IMG/VR virus record: IMGVR_UViG_3300037247_000567
Coordinates: 1 to 43,083 of that record
Origin: a virus
Direction: 5' to 3' (one strand)
DNA: 43,083 nucleotides
Part shown: piece after piece, positions 9,616 to 17,957 of the stretch
Numbering within the stretch: position 1 is the stretch's first letter
Layout of the letters: every line of letters starts with the position of its first letter
The notes under the pieces: generated by a model
What the model saw: the letters and a program-made list of their open reading frames with translations, nothing else
What the model was told of the DNA's origin: nothing
Database searches by the model: none
Translations under genes and position numbers: made by a program

Positions 9616-10008
9616 ATGCGGCTGTCCACGGTACGGCCAGGGTCTAACAAGGATGTTTCCCGGCCACCAGGAGGGCTGCAAAGACAAGGCGTCTGCCAAG
9701 AAAACTGCGCGGCCTGTTGTCAGTACATCGTCCTCCAAGTCAACCCGCAGTACGCGGAAGAGAAAGACGTAAAGCACTGGATTGAGCTTCACGGCATCAA
9801 TCTAGTCAAGCGAGGCGGGGCGTTGTGGGCCTACATCCCAACGCCCTGTTCTGCTTTAGACGGAACGAGGTGTAGCCTATACGACACGAAAGACAGGCCG
9901 AAGGTCTGTGACGTTTGGCCCACGTCGCAGGCCGACATAGACGACTTAGAAGACCATACGGGCCAGAAATGCACGTATTACTTCCCAGGGAAAGGGGGTG
10001 AGAAATGA
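9616..10008 (+). CDS. YkgJ/UPF0153 (CxxCxxCC, FliB-related) zinc/iron-chelating domain protein (130 aa)
   Basis: ATG 9616 with a GAGGA RBS follows the upstream stop; the track start 9553 overlaps the previous gene. Motifs CQENCAACC and CSALDGTRCSLYDTKDRPKVCDVWP match the family pattern C..C..CC ... C.(I/L)Y..RP..C..(F/W)P. Confidence 0.65.
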   Translation: MRLSTVRPGSNKDVSRPPGGLQRQGVCQENCAACCQYIVLQVNPQYAEEKDVKHWIELHGINLVKRGGALWAYIPTPCSALDGTRCSLYDTKDRPKVCDVWPTSQADIDDLEDHTGQKCTYYFPGKGGEK

Positions 10009-10286
10009 TTAACTGGCGGCGACTTGTGGGCCTTGATAGACAGTGGGAGGATTCCACAGGTCTTGGCCTCGACTTCCCCGAACAATCAGGGGGTCGTGAG
10101 CGCGGCAAGTTCCGTGAGAGCGAACACCCCCGTCTGACGACGGTGGCTGTTGTCGGCGATGACGGCGAGCCTGTCGCGGCTACCTCAGATCAACTCTTGG
10201 CAGAACTGGTCTATGAGGTGAGGCTAATGCGCCATGCCCTAGTTCTAGGGGGTATGGCCGCAGACATCGACGAACCATTCAATTAG
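10005..10286 (+). CDS. Hypothetical protein (93 aa)
   Basis: ATGA overlap with the upstream stop. Confidence 0.6.
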   Translation: MINWRRLVGLDRQWEDSTGLGLDFPEQSGGRERGKFRESEHPRLTTVAVVGDDGEPVAATSDQLLAELVYEVRLMRHALVLGGMAADIDEPFN

Positions 10287-10324
10287 TTTCCCCGCTCCTG
10301 AGTGAGGGGGAGAAAGGTAGAAAA

Positions 10325-10978
10325 ATGTCTATCAGTTTACAGATGCCATTCAAGTTTAAGGGTGGCAATGCCGAACCACAGCTGAGCGTTGACAATGCCC
10401 AGCTCGTCCAGACCCTTCATGGGAAGCACTACGAAGACACCCTAGCAGGGCGGGTCTTCTCGCACACGCCGACACCCGCAGGATTGGCTATTCCCATCTT
10501 CACGGCAACGGCCCTCGCTGGGGGTATGCCGATCTGGAACCCCAGCAACTCTAACGTCAACGTGGAGTTGATTTCTGTCAGCATCAACCGTGCCTCTGGC
10601 ACGGCAGCGGTTCTCAGCGTTGGGCTGATGCACCGTAATAACCTAGGCGTTGACCTCGCCACTGGCTCTGAGATCACGGCATTCGCGGAAACCGATCCGC
10701 TCAACGGGCTTCTAGGGGCGGGCTACGCCTCGCAGGTGAAGTCATCCAACGCTGGCACGGTCACGGTGACTGCTGGTGTAGCGGCTGAGTTCGTTCGGGC
10801 GCTATTCGGCAGCGGCATTGAGGCGGACACGCACACCAACGGTATTTCATACCTAGTCCACGACTTCGATGGTACGGTAATCGTGCCGCCAGGGTCGATG
10901 GTTTGGCTGGGCGCGAAGCTGGCTAGTGTGGCGCTCTACAACTCCACCATCGTCTGGAAAGAGATTCCAATCCGCTAG
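10325..10978 (+). CDS. Beta-rich virion protein, function unknown (217 aa)
   Basis: Purine-rich RBS (GAGAAAGG). Beta-sandwich-like composition. The C-terminal pattern resembles those of 17622..17957 and 17957..19447. Confidence 0.65.
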   Translation: MSISLQMPFKFKGGNAEPQLSVDNAQLVQTLHGKHYEDTLAGRVFSHTPTPAGLAIPIFTATALAGGMPIWNPSNSNVNVELISVSINRASGTAAVLSVGLMHRNNLGVDLATGSEITAFAETDPLNGLLGAGYASQVKSSNAGTVTVTAGVAAEFVRALFGSGIEADTHTNGISYLVHDFDGTVIVPPGSMVWLGAKLASVALYNSTIVWKEIPIR

Positions 10979-11247
10979 TGCCAACCTACGACTATCGGTG
11001 TCCTAACGGGCACACCACAGAGGCTCGCAGGGGAGTAGAGGTAAGCTCACTCCCCTGCCCGCTCTGTGAAGAATTGGCTCAGCGCGTCCCCGTCTACGAA
11101 GAGCAATACACCCGCACCGACTCAGGTGGGATGCAGGGACGGATGGGCAAAGCGGGCACCATCCCGGAGAGCGTAGAACGGTACGCCCGCAACTCAGCGA
11201 CGATTGAGAAGGAGACGGGCAATAAGAGCGGCCTCAAGCTCCGCTAG
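10978..11247 (+). CDS. FmdB-like zinc-ribbon protein (89 aa)
   Basis: GTG overlaps the upstream TAG. The N-terminus MPTYDYRCPNGH...LPCPLCEE resembles the FmdB family MP.YeYrC..C...CP.C, with the second ligand being His rather than Cys. Confidence 0.5.
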   Translation: MPTYDYRCPNGHTTEARRGVEVSSLPCPLCEELAQRVPVYEEQYTRTDSGGMQGRMGKAGTIPESVERYARNSATIEKETGNKSGLKLR

Positions 11248-11324
11248 CACCCGTGCGGGGATGGCAGCCCTGCCCCGTTCGAGTCAATGCACGATGGGTA
11301 CACCAACTTGATAGGAGTAAAATA

Positions 11325-11384
11325 ATGCCAAAACACGGGCCTAAAGGCAATCCACACAAGCGGCGCAAGCCTCCGAAGAAGTAG
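11325..11384 (+). CDS. Micro-ORF encoding a 19-aa ultra-basic peptide (MPKHGPKGNPHKRRKPPKK)
   Basis: AGGAG RBS 7 nt upstream. No acidic residues. TAG stop abuts the next ATG. Confidence 0.5.
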   Translation: MPKHGPKGNPHKRRKPPKK

Positions 11385-11504
11385 ATGGTCACGAAGGCCA
11401 AAGCCAAGAAGATACTCAAACACGGCTCTGTCCACGGGAAGCCCCTGACTAAGAAAGCGCGGGGGTTCTTCGGGGCCAGGGTAGGCGGCAAGCGCCGCAA
11501 GTGA
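11385..11504 (+). CDS. Micro-ORF encoding a 39-aa ultra-basic peptide (MVTKAKAKKILKHGSVHGKPLTKKARGFFGARVGGKRRK)
   Basis: The ATG directly follows the TAG of the previous micro-ORF, in the same frame. 14 Lys/Arg and no acidic residues. Confidence 0.5.
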   Translation: MVTKAKAKKILKHGSVHGKPLTKKARGFFGARVGGKRRK

Positions 11505-11526
11505 CATCACGAAATGGAGTAGCGCT

Positions 11527-11682
11527 ATGGCGATAGTAAGCAAGGGCACGAAAATTGTACGGCATAAAGGCGAGCGGTATGCTTCATGCCATGTCAGCGG
11601 GAGGGAGTGGAAACAGGACAAGAAATATCGGGAATCCATAGAGCGGGAAATGGCTTGGATGTTGGACAATGTTAAGGAGTAG
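11527..11682 (+). CDS. Small basic protein (51 aa)
   Basis: GGAG RBS 8 nt upstream. It ends 3 nt before the next gene, whose AAGGAG RBS lies within its 3' end. Confidence 0.55.
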   Translation: MAIVSKGTKIVRHKGERYASCHVSGREWKQDKKYRESIEREMAWMLDNVKE

Positions 11683-11685
11683 CCC

Positions 11686-12918
11686 ATGCCAGCCTTCATT
11701 GACTATCAGCGCGAATTAGCGCGGAGACTGTACGAACACGAACTCCCCCAAGTCGCGGGCACCAACACCTCCACCGACGCGGCAACCCTCACCGACTTGC
11801 TGGGGAACCTGAACTACTCCTCTGGGGACACATCCTTCTATGACGGGGTGTACGTTTCTCTCGTCAAAGGCTCGGACAACACCACGAAAGGCGTAGGCCG
11901 TGTCACCCGTGGGGGCTGGACGGTCACGGGCTCGCTTACGGTAGACCCTTCATTCTCGTCTACCCCCGCCTCCGCCGATTTGTACGTTCTCACCAAACAC
12001 CCTCCTCGACTTTTGCAGGACGCCATCAACCGCATCTTGCGCAACTCCTACCAGCCTACGTTCTTTCCGTTGTCCCTCCACATCATGGGGAACGACGCGA
12101 ACGACATGGAGCCGTCCACGACAGCAACGGATTATAGCTCTACTAACGCCACGAACACCTTAGAATCCACCATCGTCTTCAACGGCGCTCAATCTCTTCA
12201 GATAGATGCCACTTCAGCGGGCGGCTTTGCGAACACGGGCAACATTGGTGTTAACGACGGACAAACTCTTTACGCCGCCGTCATGATGTACGTGACTTCG
12301 GGCGACTCGGGCACCTTCCGAGCCATCGATGTCACCAACTCTAACGTCACCATTGAGGACGCTAAGACTGATGAACCATCATGGTTGGAAATGTTATACA
12401 GCTTCTCAGCTCCAGCGGGTTGTGAACAGATAGACTTCCGTTTCATCGCGGACGCTAACACTGACATTATCTATGTAGAGGACTTTCAAGTATGGCGACA
12501 AGACCGAGCTGTTTACCCTGTCCCATCTTGGATAGAGTGGCCTGAGCAAATAATCGACGTAAGAGCCTTCCCGCAGGGGACGGCTGGGCCTACGTCGGGT
12601 AACGACTTCCGTGCTAACGAGAGAGCGTCGGTGCGCCTTGACTGGCACGTCGAACGCGAGGATAGGCGGGCCGATGTTCCGCTCCACATTTGGGTGCAGT
12701 ATACAGGGGACGCCCGCCCTTACATCTACGCCCATCGCCCGTTCGCGGAACTGACCGCTACCGAGGGCACCTCCAACGCCGACCTGGACGCTGTGGTGGA
12801 GGACGCCGCCTTTCTCGTTCTTCACCCCGATAGGGCGGAACAGTATCTAAGTGTGTTGCGGCAGAACCGTCTCGGCGGAGCCGTAGTCGTTGCGCCCAAG
12901 AGGGTTGGGGTTAGATAG
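11686..12918 (+). CDS. Virion structural protein of the tail region, function unknown (410 aa)
   Basis: AAGGAG RBS. Long ORF upstream of the large tail genes. Confidence 0.7.
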   Translation: MPAFIDYQRELARRLYEHELPQVAGTNTSTDAATLTDLLGNLNYSSGDTSFYDGVYVSLVKGSDNTTKGVGRVTRGGWTVTGSLTVDPSFSSTPASADLYVLTKHPPRLLQDAINRILRNSYQPTFFPLSLHIMGNDANDMEPSTTATDYSSTNATNTLESTIVFNGAQSLQIDATSAGGFANTGNIGVNDGQTLYAAVMMYVTSGDSGTFRAIDVTNSNVTIEDAKTDEPSWLEMLYSFSAPAGCEQIDFRFIADANTDIIYVEDFQVWRQDRAVYPVPSWIEWPEQIIDVRAFPQGTAGPTSGNDFRANERASVRLDWHVEREDRRADVPLHIWVQYTGDARPYIYAHRPFAELTATEGTSNADLDAVVEDAAFLVLHPDRAEQYLSVLRQNRLGGAVVVAPKRVGVR

Positions 12919-15485
12919 TGGCTGAAGACGCCTACATCACTATCTTTGACCGCGATGGCAGCTCCAACCCTCTCAAGGTCATCTTGGACGAAGACAAAGA
13001 CGGTGTTACGTACGGTATCACTGGCTCGGGCCAGGTGAGCGAACACGAGTTCACCTTCGAGGGCTCGATGGGCGAGACCATCTGCCGCCACCCTACTCAG
13101 TGTCCCGACTTCTACTTCACTCAATTTGAGACTTCAGACGGGACGCTGAGACTCCCTCCTGCCGTCACCAACGTCTCCTCCCTAGACATCGCCTACACCC
13201 CCATAACGATGTGGGAGGACTTCGACTCGGACGGGGACAGGGCCTTCTACATCGAATACAGGGACACAACCACCACTCCCGACATCATCATTAAGAAATA
13301 CCGTGTCACCGATGATGCGCTAGTGGACACGGAAGTTTCCACAACGCAGGGCGGGGCGGCTCAGGAAACCGCGCCCCGTATTGGGAAGGTGGCGTCGTTT
13401 GAGGGGAACACGTTTGTTCCTGCGGGCGACGAGTCGGGTTCTAACCACATCCGTAAGATTGCCGTAGGGGACATCTCCGCTGGCACAGCGGATACTTACA
13501 CAGAGGGCGATAGTGGCTTTTCTAACTCTCACGCTGTCATAGACGAAGACGGGGTTGCAAACTTCATCATTTGCAGCAAACAGAATTATCGCCTTGCTGC
13601 CACTACTCCCACAACGGATGCGAATTTCGGCCCCAATGTAGAAGTCGGGGATTCGGGTTCTCCCATCATCTGGACGCTGGAGTCGGGCGGGTTCGTCTAT
13701 TTCTGCAAACCCGAAAATTTGTACGAGGGCGACCCGACCTCTGCGCGTGTTCTTCTGGACATGAGAGCCGAACGCAAGAATAAGGTCTTCCAGACCTACG
13801 ACGACTTCGACGGCCACATGGCAACGACCGTAGGCGCGGCGGTACTCTACCCTCATCGTTCAGGGTTCTGGCGCTATCGGAAAGGCGCGGCAATCAACCT
13901 CTCCATCGACAACATCCCCGGATACAGAGAGGTTGCGGGCATCTCAGACATCCCAATCGGGCTGAGACACTACGCCACCGACGCTGTGGGTCAGTGGGTA
14001 TATGCTATCTACAAACCCCCAGGGTTCTCGAACGCTAGCAACTGCAACATCATGTCGGCGCTCTACGAGCCTGGGGCGGCGCGAGAGTTGACTTGGCGAA
14101 CGCTGATGTCTCGCAATGAAGACCTGCTCGGACTCTACATAGACTCCGACAAAAGGTTGAACTTCATTCAGAACCCAAATGACCCTGCGATAGCTGCGGC
14201 CAGCGTGGCGTTTGTCTCCGCCAGCAGCGCTGCCTCTAACGGTTCTGCGTCTTCGCTCACAATCTCTTCTCACACGATAGCCTCAGGCTCTCAGAGGGCA
14301 CTGTTTGTTGGAATCTCAAGTGTTGGTGGGGTTGACTCAGGAGGAGTGAGGAACGCTCCCTCCTCCGTGCGGTTTGGCAACCAGTTTATGGCGGAAGTCG
14401 TAAAGATCGTGAAGGCCAATTCGGGGAATACTGCCTTTTTATACTCTAGTATCTGGCAACTTGCTGCTCCGCTCGTGTCAACGGCGGATATAACCATCGT
14501 GTTCCCCAACTTGCAAACGGGTATCGCGGCGGGCGCAACTAACTGCACTGGAGTTGACCAAGCTTTACTGCTTCAAAACACAAAAACGGCGACGGGTGAG
14601 AGCACCACGCCCAGCATCACAATCGCAAGCCAGACTAACGATTTAGTGCTGGACAATGTAGCTGAGTTCGGAGCCGTAACCACGGCTCCTGACTCTGGCG
14701 ACGAGAGATACGACGATGCCGCTGGCTCAGTGAACTCAGTGGCAGGTAGCACTGAGGCGGGCGCGGCTTCCGTCCAGAAGGACTGGACGTTAGGTTCCAG
14801 TGTCCGCTGGGCTCATGTAGGCGGCACCATACGGAAACCAGCTCTTGGTGTGGCCTCGGCTGCTCTCAATTACATCCAACTTAATCTGGACGGCAGCCCC
14901 CGTACTGCACTTGGGCGTGATCGGGGCGCAGCGTCTTCCAGCTACGAGCATTACACGGGCGAAATTAGATTCGACCGCCGCATGCAAGCTCGCTACATGA
15001 AAGTAGAGACGGAGAACTTCGATAGCACTACCAGTTTACAGATGAGTATTCTCCGAGACGGTGATGGTGGAAGCGACATTGGCTCGGCTATCACCTCCGA
15101 CGACTTCCACCAGATTGACTTCACCGTGGGCACGACTGACCTTCTCCGGCGAGCGAGAATGAGGCTGACCCTCGACACCAACTCTAGCTATGCCCCGACC
15201 GTTAGCGACCCACGAACGCTGAGGGCTGTTCTCGGCATTCGTTCCCCTGACACCTACAAGGCAATTATGAGAACCGGCCATTCAATCGACTCGGCCAAGG
15301 CTGAACGGAAGATTCTCAGACAGCGCAAGGGCGCAGGGACGGTGACGATAACTGAAAGCTGGTCGGGGACACAGTTTCGCGCCGATGTGGTAGGTCTCCG
15401 CGACTTGGAGACGCGTAAAGAAGCCAACGGGCAAATGATGTATCGGACAGAGATAACGTTTGAACGCCACGATGTCGAAAATTGA
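12918..15485 (+). CDS. Large tail-associated structural protein (855 aa)
   Basis: GTG overlaps the upstream TAG. Long beta-rich ORF with Ser/Ala/Thr-rich central segments. Position in the tail module. Confidence 0.7.
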   Translation: MAEDAYITIFDRDGSSNPLKVILDEDKDGVTYGITGSGQVSEHEFTFEGSMGETICRHPTQCPDFYFTQFETSDGTLRLPPAVTNVSSLDIAYTPITMWEDFDSDGDRAFYIEYRDTTTTPDIIIKKYRVTDDALVDTEVSTTQGGAAQETAPRIGKVASFEGNTFVPAGDESGSNHIRKIAVGDISAGTADTYTEGDSGFSNSHAVIDEDGVANFIICSKQNYRLAATTPTTDANFGPNVEVGDSGSPIIWTLESGGFVYFCKPENLYEGDPTSARVLLDMRAERKNKVFQTYDDFDGHMATTVGAAVLYPHRSGFWRYRKGAAINLSIDNIPGYREVAGISDIPIGLRHYATDAVGQWVYAIYKPPGFSNASNCNIMSALYEPGAARELTWRTLMSRNEDLLGLYIDSDKRLNFIQNPNDPAIAAASVAFVSASSAASNGSASSLTISSHTIASGSQRALFVGISSVGGVDSGGVRNAPSSVRFGNQFMAEVVKIVKANSGNTAFLYSSIWQLAAPLVSTADITIVFPNLQTGIAAGATNCTGVDQALLLQNTKTATGESTTPSITIASQTNDLVLDNVAEFGAVTTAPDSGDERYDDAAGSVNSVAGSTEAGAASVQKDWTLGSSVRWAHVGGTIRKPALGVASAALNYIQLNLDGSPRTALGRDRGAASSSYEHYTGEIRFDRRMQARYMKVETENFDSTTSLQMSILRDGDGGSDIGSAITSDDFHQIDFTVGTTDLLRRARMRLTLDTNSSYAPTVSDPRTLRAVLGIRSPDTYKAIMRTGHSIDSAKAERKILRQRKGAGTVTITESWSGTQFRADVVGLRDLETRKEANGQMMYRTEITFERHDVEN

Positions 15486-15497
15486 GCGGAGTCTGAG

Positions 15498-17615
15498 ATG
15501 CCAGTAGAGACAGACGAACTCCAACGCCAAATTGAAGAAGTCCGCATCATGGCGGAGGACGCCCTCGATAAGTTTCCTCTCCGTTCGACCACCACAGGCG
15601 GGGCGGTGACGGAGCGCCACATCCATGTTCTGGGTAAGCATATCGGCGCAGCCAACGCTCTACTGGCTCGCGCCACATCCAACCTCACCCTCACTCAGTC
15701 CAATCAGTCTATTACTGGAGATGGTGACGGTAGCAAAGTACGGTTACTGATTCCGTCTACTGGGGACTGGTTGATTGTAGCGGTTGTGGACTTCGACGAA
15801 ACGACCGCTGGCGCGGGCGACCTAAAGGCTAGCCTGTTCGTCAATGATAGCGGTAGTGCTGAGACGGGCATAGCTTCTCTTAACCCAACTGGCGGTGCCA
15901 CCGATGACGGACGTGCCACCGTCCCCCAGAACTGGATAGTCACCGTCACCGCCATTAATACGCCTGTTGAGCTGAAGGCGTTGAAGCAAAACGCAGGCGG
16001 AGTGGGGATTGTTACCGCTACCAACACCACGCTTGTAGCCACCAGGGGGTCGGGCGGCGGCACCGCGACCGTCTCCACCGCCGACCACGGCGGGCTGACG
16101 GGGCTGGGCGACGACGACCACTCCATATACCTATTGGTAGACGGCGCTCGCGCTGGCTCCACCGGAGGGGCGCAGGACTTCGGCTCCAACGGTATCAAGA
16201 CCGACAAGCTGGTTGAGTCCTCAAGTGGCGCGGGGATAATCATAGACGGCGCTCAAGCCGCCGCTGTGCAGCTCACCGTCCAAGGGGCCGCGTCCCAGTC
16301 CACCAACATCTTCACGGTGGAGATTGCCAGCGGCGCGGACAAGCTGTTCGTAGACTCGGACGGCGACACTCTCATGCGCGGCCACGTCGCTATGGGGGCG
16401 TCGGGCACAATCAATGCGAGCAGAATCCTGAACCTTGTTGAATTAAAGGCCGATTCCAACCTGATTGGGGCGTTTATCAACCCTGTAAACACCTCTTCCA
16501 GTGGGTCAAGTAGGAAGACCACGGGCCTATCAGGGATTGCTGAGTGGAGGGGCACAAGCACGGCAACGGCGCTTGACTGCATCGGGCTTGACTTCACCGC
16601 CCGCCACAACAGCGGTCAGGCGCTCACTAATCTAATCGGTCTTCAGGCCGACTTGGTGGCGCTGGCTGGTGGCACGGGAACTATCGCAAACGCAATAGGC
16701 ATCAACGTCGGCACTCCCACTTGGACAGGCGTGACTGGCCCCGCAACCAAACTCATAGGCATCAACGTCATGAACCAGGGTGCCGCCAGTACGGACGTGC
16801 CGACTTGGGGTATCAAGGTTGACGCTGCCACCATTGACGGTTCTAACACCGACATCCACTACGGTATTCAGGTAGCCGCCCCCGCCATCGGAACCATCCA
16901 TCCAATCTGGTGTACGACGAACCGCCAAGCCATGAGCGCCATCACTAGCGGGTTCGACGGGCGGGTAATTATAGACGACGACATCAACGGAAGTTCGCCC
17001 CAGGGCGGATTTGCCTTGATGGTCTATACGCCCGTATCGTCAGTGACGAATACCGGCCCAGACGGGGCGGGCCTGCGTGTGGGGAACTTTCACGGCGGGA
17101 CTACAAGTATCGTAACGGCAGCGGCCAACGGCCACGACATCTACGGGGCCGTGATTGATTACAGCCTCGTAGACGATTCCAAAACAACTGTTGCTGGGGC
17201 CATGCTGGGCGTCCTTGGTCAGAACGCTGGGACTATGCCGGAGCCCTACGCCATCTTGGAGTCCGTCGACGTTGGCGCTGCCTCTATCAACCTCTTCTTG
17301 TCTGACACGATGGTTGGCAGCGCCTCGGCTACTGGTGGCCCCCCCACTACCTACCCCACAATAGCGGGCAGGCTGCACGTAGACCAAGAGGACTCGTCGG
17401 GGGCCAAGCCCGCGATATTCGTTGACCAGGCGGACGTGTCGGAACAGGGGATTAAGTTCTCCAGCAGCGGCTCGGACATCGACATCAACCTGTTCACGGT
17501 GGACGTAACAGGAACACCCACGCTGTTGTGGGACGAGAGCGAGGACGACTTGAACCTCTCGGTTGGCCTGACGGTAGAGAGTAGGGAAGTCAACCGATAT
17601 GCGTATTCAATCTAG
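15498..17615 (+). CDS. Tail fibre/spike-like protein (705 aa)
   Basis: Gly/Thr/Ala-rich repetitive beta-type sequence. The motif DHGGLTGLGDDDHSIYLL resembles many phage fibre proteins. Internal IGINV repeat. Confidence 0.6.
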   Translation: MPVETDELQRQIEEVRIMAEDALDKFPLRSTTTGGAVTERHIHVLGKHIGAANALLARATSNLTLTQSNQSITGDGDGSKVRLLIPSTGDWLIVAVVDFDETTAGAGDLKASLFVNDSGSAETGIASLNPTGGATDDGRATVPQNWIVTVTAINTPVELKALKQNAGGVGIVTATNTTLVATRGSGGGTATVSTADHGGLTGLGDDDHSIYLLVDGARAGSTGGAQDFGSNGIKTDKLVESSSGAGIIIDGAQAAAVQLTVQGAASQSTNIFTVEIASGADKLFVDSDGDTLMRGHVAMGASGTINASRILNLVELKADSNLIGAFINPVNTSSSGSSRKTTGLSGIAEWRGTSTATALDCIGLDFTARHNSGQALTNLIGLQADLVALAGGTGTIANAIGINVGTPTWTGVTGPATKLIGINVMNQGAASTDVPTWGIKVDAATIDGSNTDIHYGIQVAAPAIGTIHPIWCTTNRQAMSAITSGFDGRVIIDDDINGSSPQGGFALMVYTPVSSVTNTGPDGAGLRVGNFHGGTTSIVTAAANGHDIYGAVIDYSLVDDSKTTVAGAMLGVLGQNAGTMPEPYAILESVDVGAASINLFLSDTMVGSASATGGPPTTYPTIAGRLHVDQEDSSGAKPAIFVDQADVSEQGIKFSSSGSDIDINLFTVDVTGTPTLLWDESEDDLNLSVGLTVESREVNRYAYSI

Positions 17616-17621
17616 GATGCT

Positions 17622-17957
17622 ATGGCGTTACAAGAAAAGCAGCTAGGCCAACTCCGTCCCGGCAACACAACAGCGGCCAGTTTGTATAGCCCTGGGGCGA
17701 GCACGACCGCAATCATCAAGACGATAGTGGTCTGCAACCAGACCGCCTCGTCGGCCAAGTACAGGATATTCGTGGATGACGACGGGACGACCTACGACCA
17801 AACGACGGCCCTGTTCTATGACATCACAATAGGGGCCAACTCGACAGACCATATAGACACCTACTACGCGATGAACGATGCAAATGGAAACTTAGCGGTG
17901 AGGACGGACACCAACAGCGCCCTGACCTTCACTTGTTTCGGGGCGGAGATAACCTAA
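17622..17957 (+). CDS. Small beta-rich virion protein (111 aa)
   Basis: Starts 6 nt after the fibre gene stop. Beta-sandwich-like composition. Confidence 0.65.
   Translation: MALQEKQLGQLRPGNTTAASLYSPGASTTAIIKTIVVCNQTASSAKYRIFVDDDGTTYDQTTALFYDITIGANSTDHIDTYYAMNDANGNLAVRTDTNSALTFTCFGAEIT

Noticed and set aside
11382-11384. TAG read-through or stop-codon reassignment joining the two in-frame basic micro-ORFs
   Set aside because: TAG ends many confident genes here, including 3182, 5556, 6447 and 8744, so genome-wide TAG recoding is not supported. Occasional local read-through cannot be excluded, but nothing in the sequence specifically indicates it.
11234-11699. Minus-strand track ORFs 11234..11500 and 11244..11699 covering the gap before the tail genes
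   Set aside because: There is no RBS, and they would be the only antisense genes inside the structural operon. The + strand has three RBS-preceded micro-ORFs that fill the same space.
16695-16769. Exact 15-nt repeat ATAGGCATCAACGTC at 16695 and 16755
   Set aside because: The copies are 60 nt (20 codons) apart inside the fibre gene and encode the repeated peptide IGINV. This is a beta-helix-type protein repeat, not a regulatory or mobile element.
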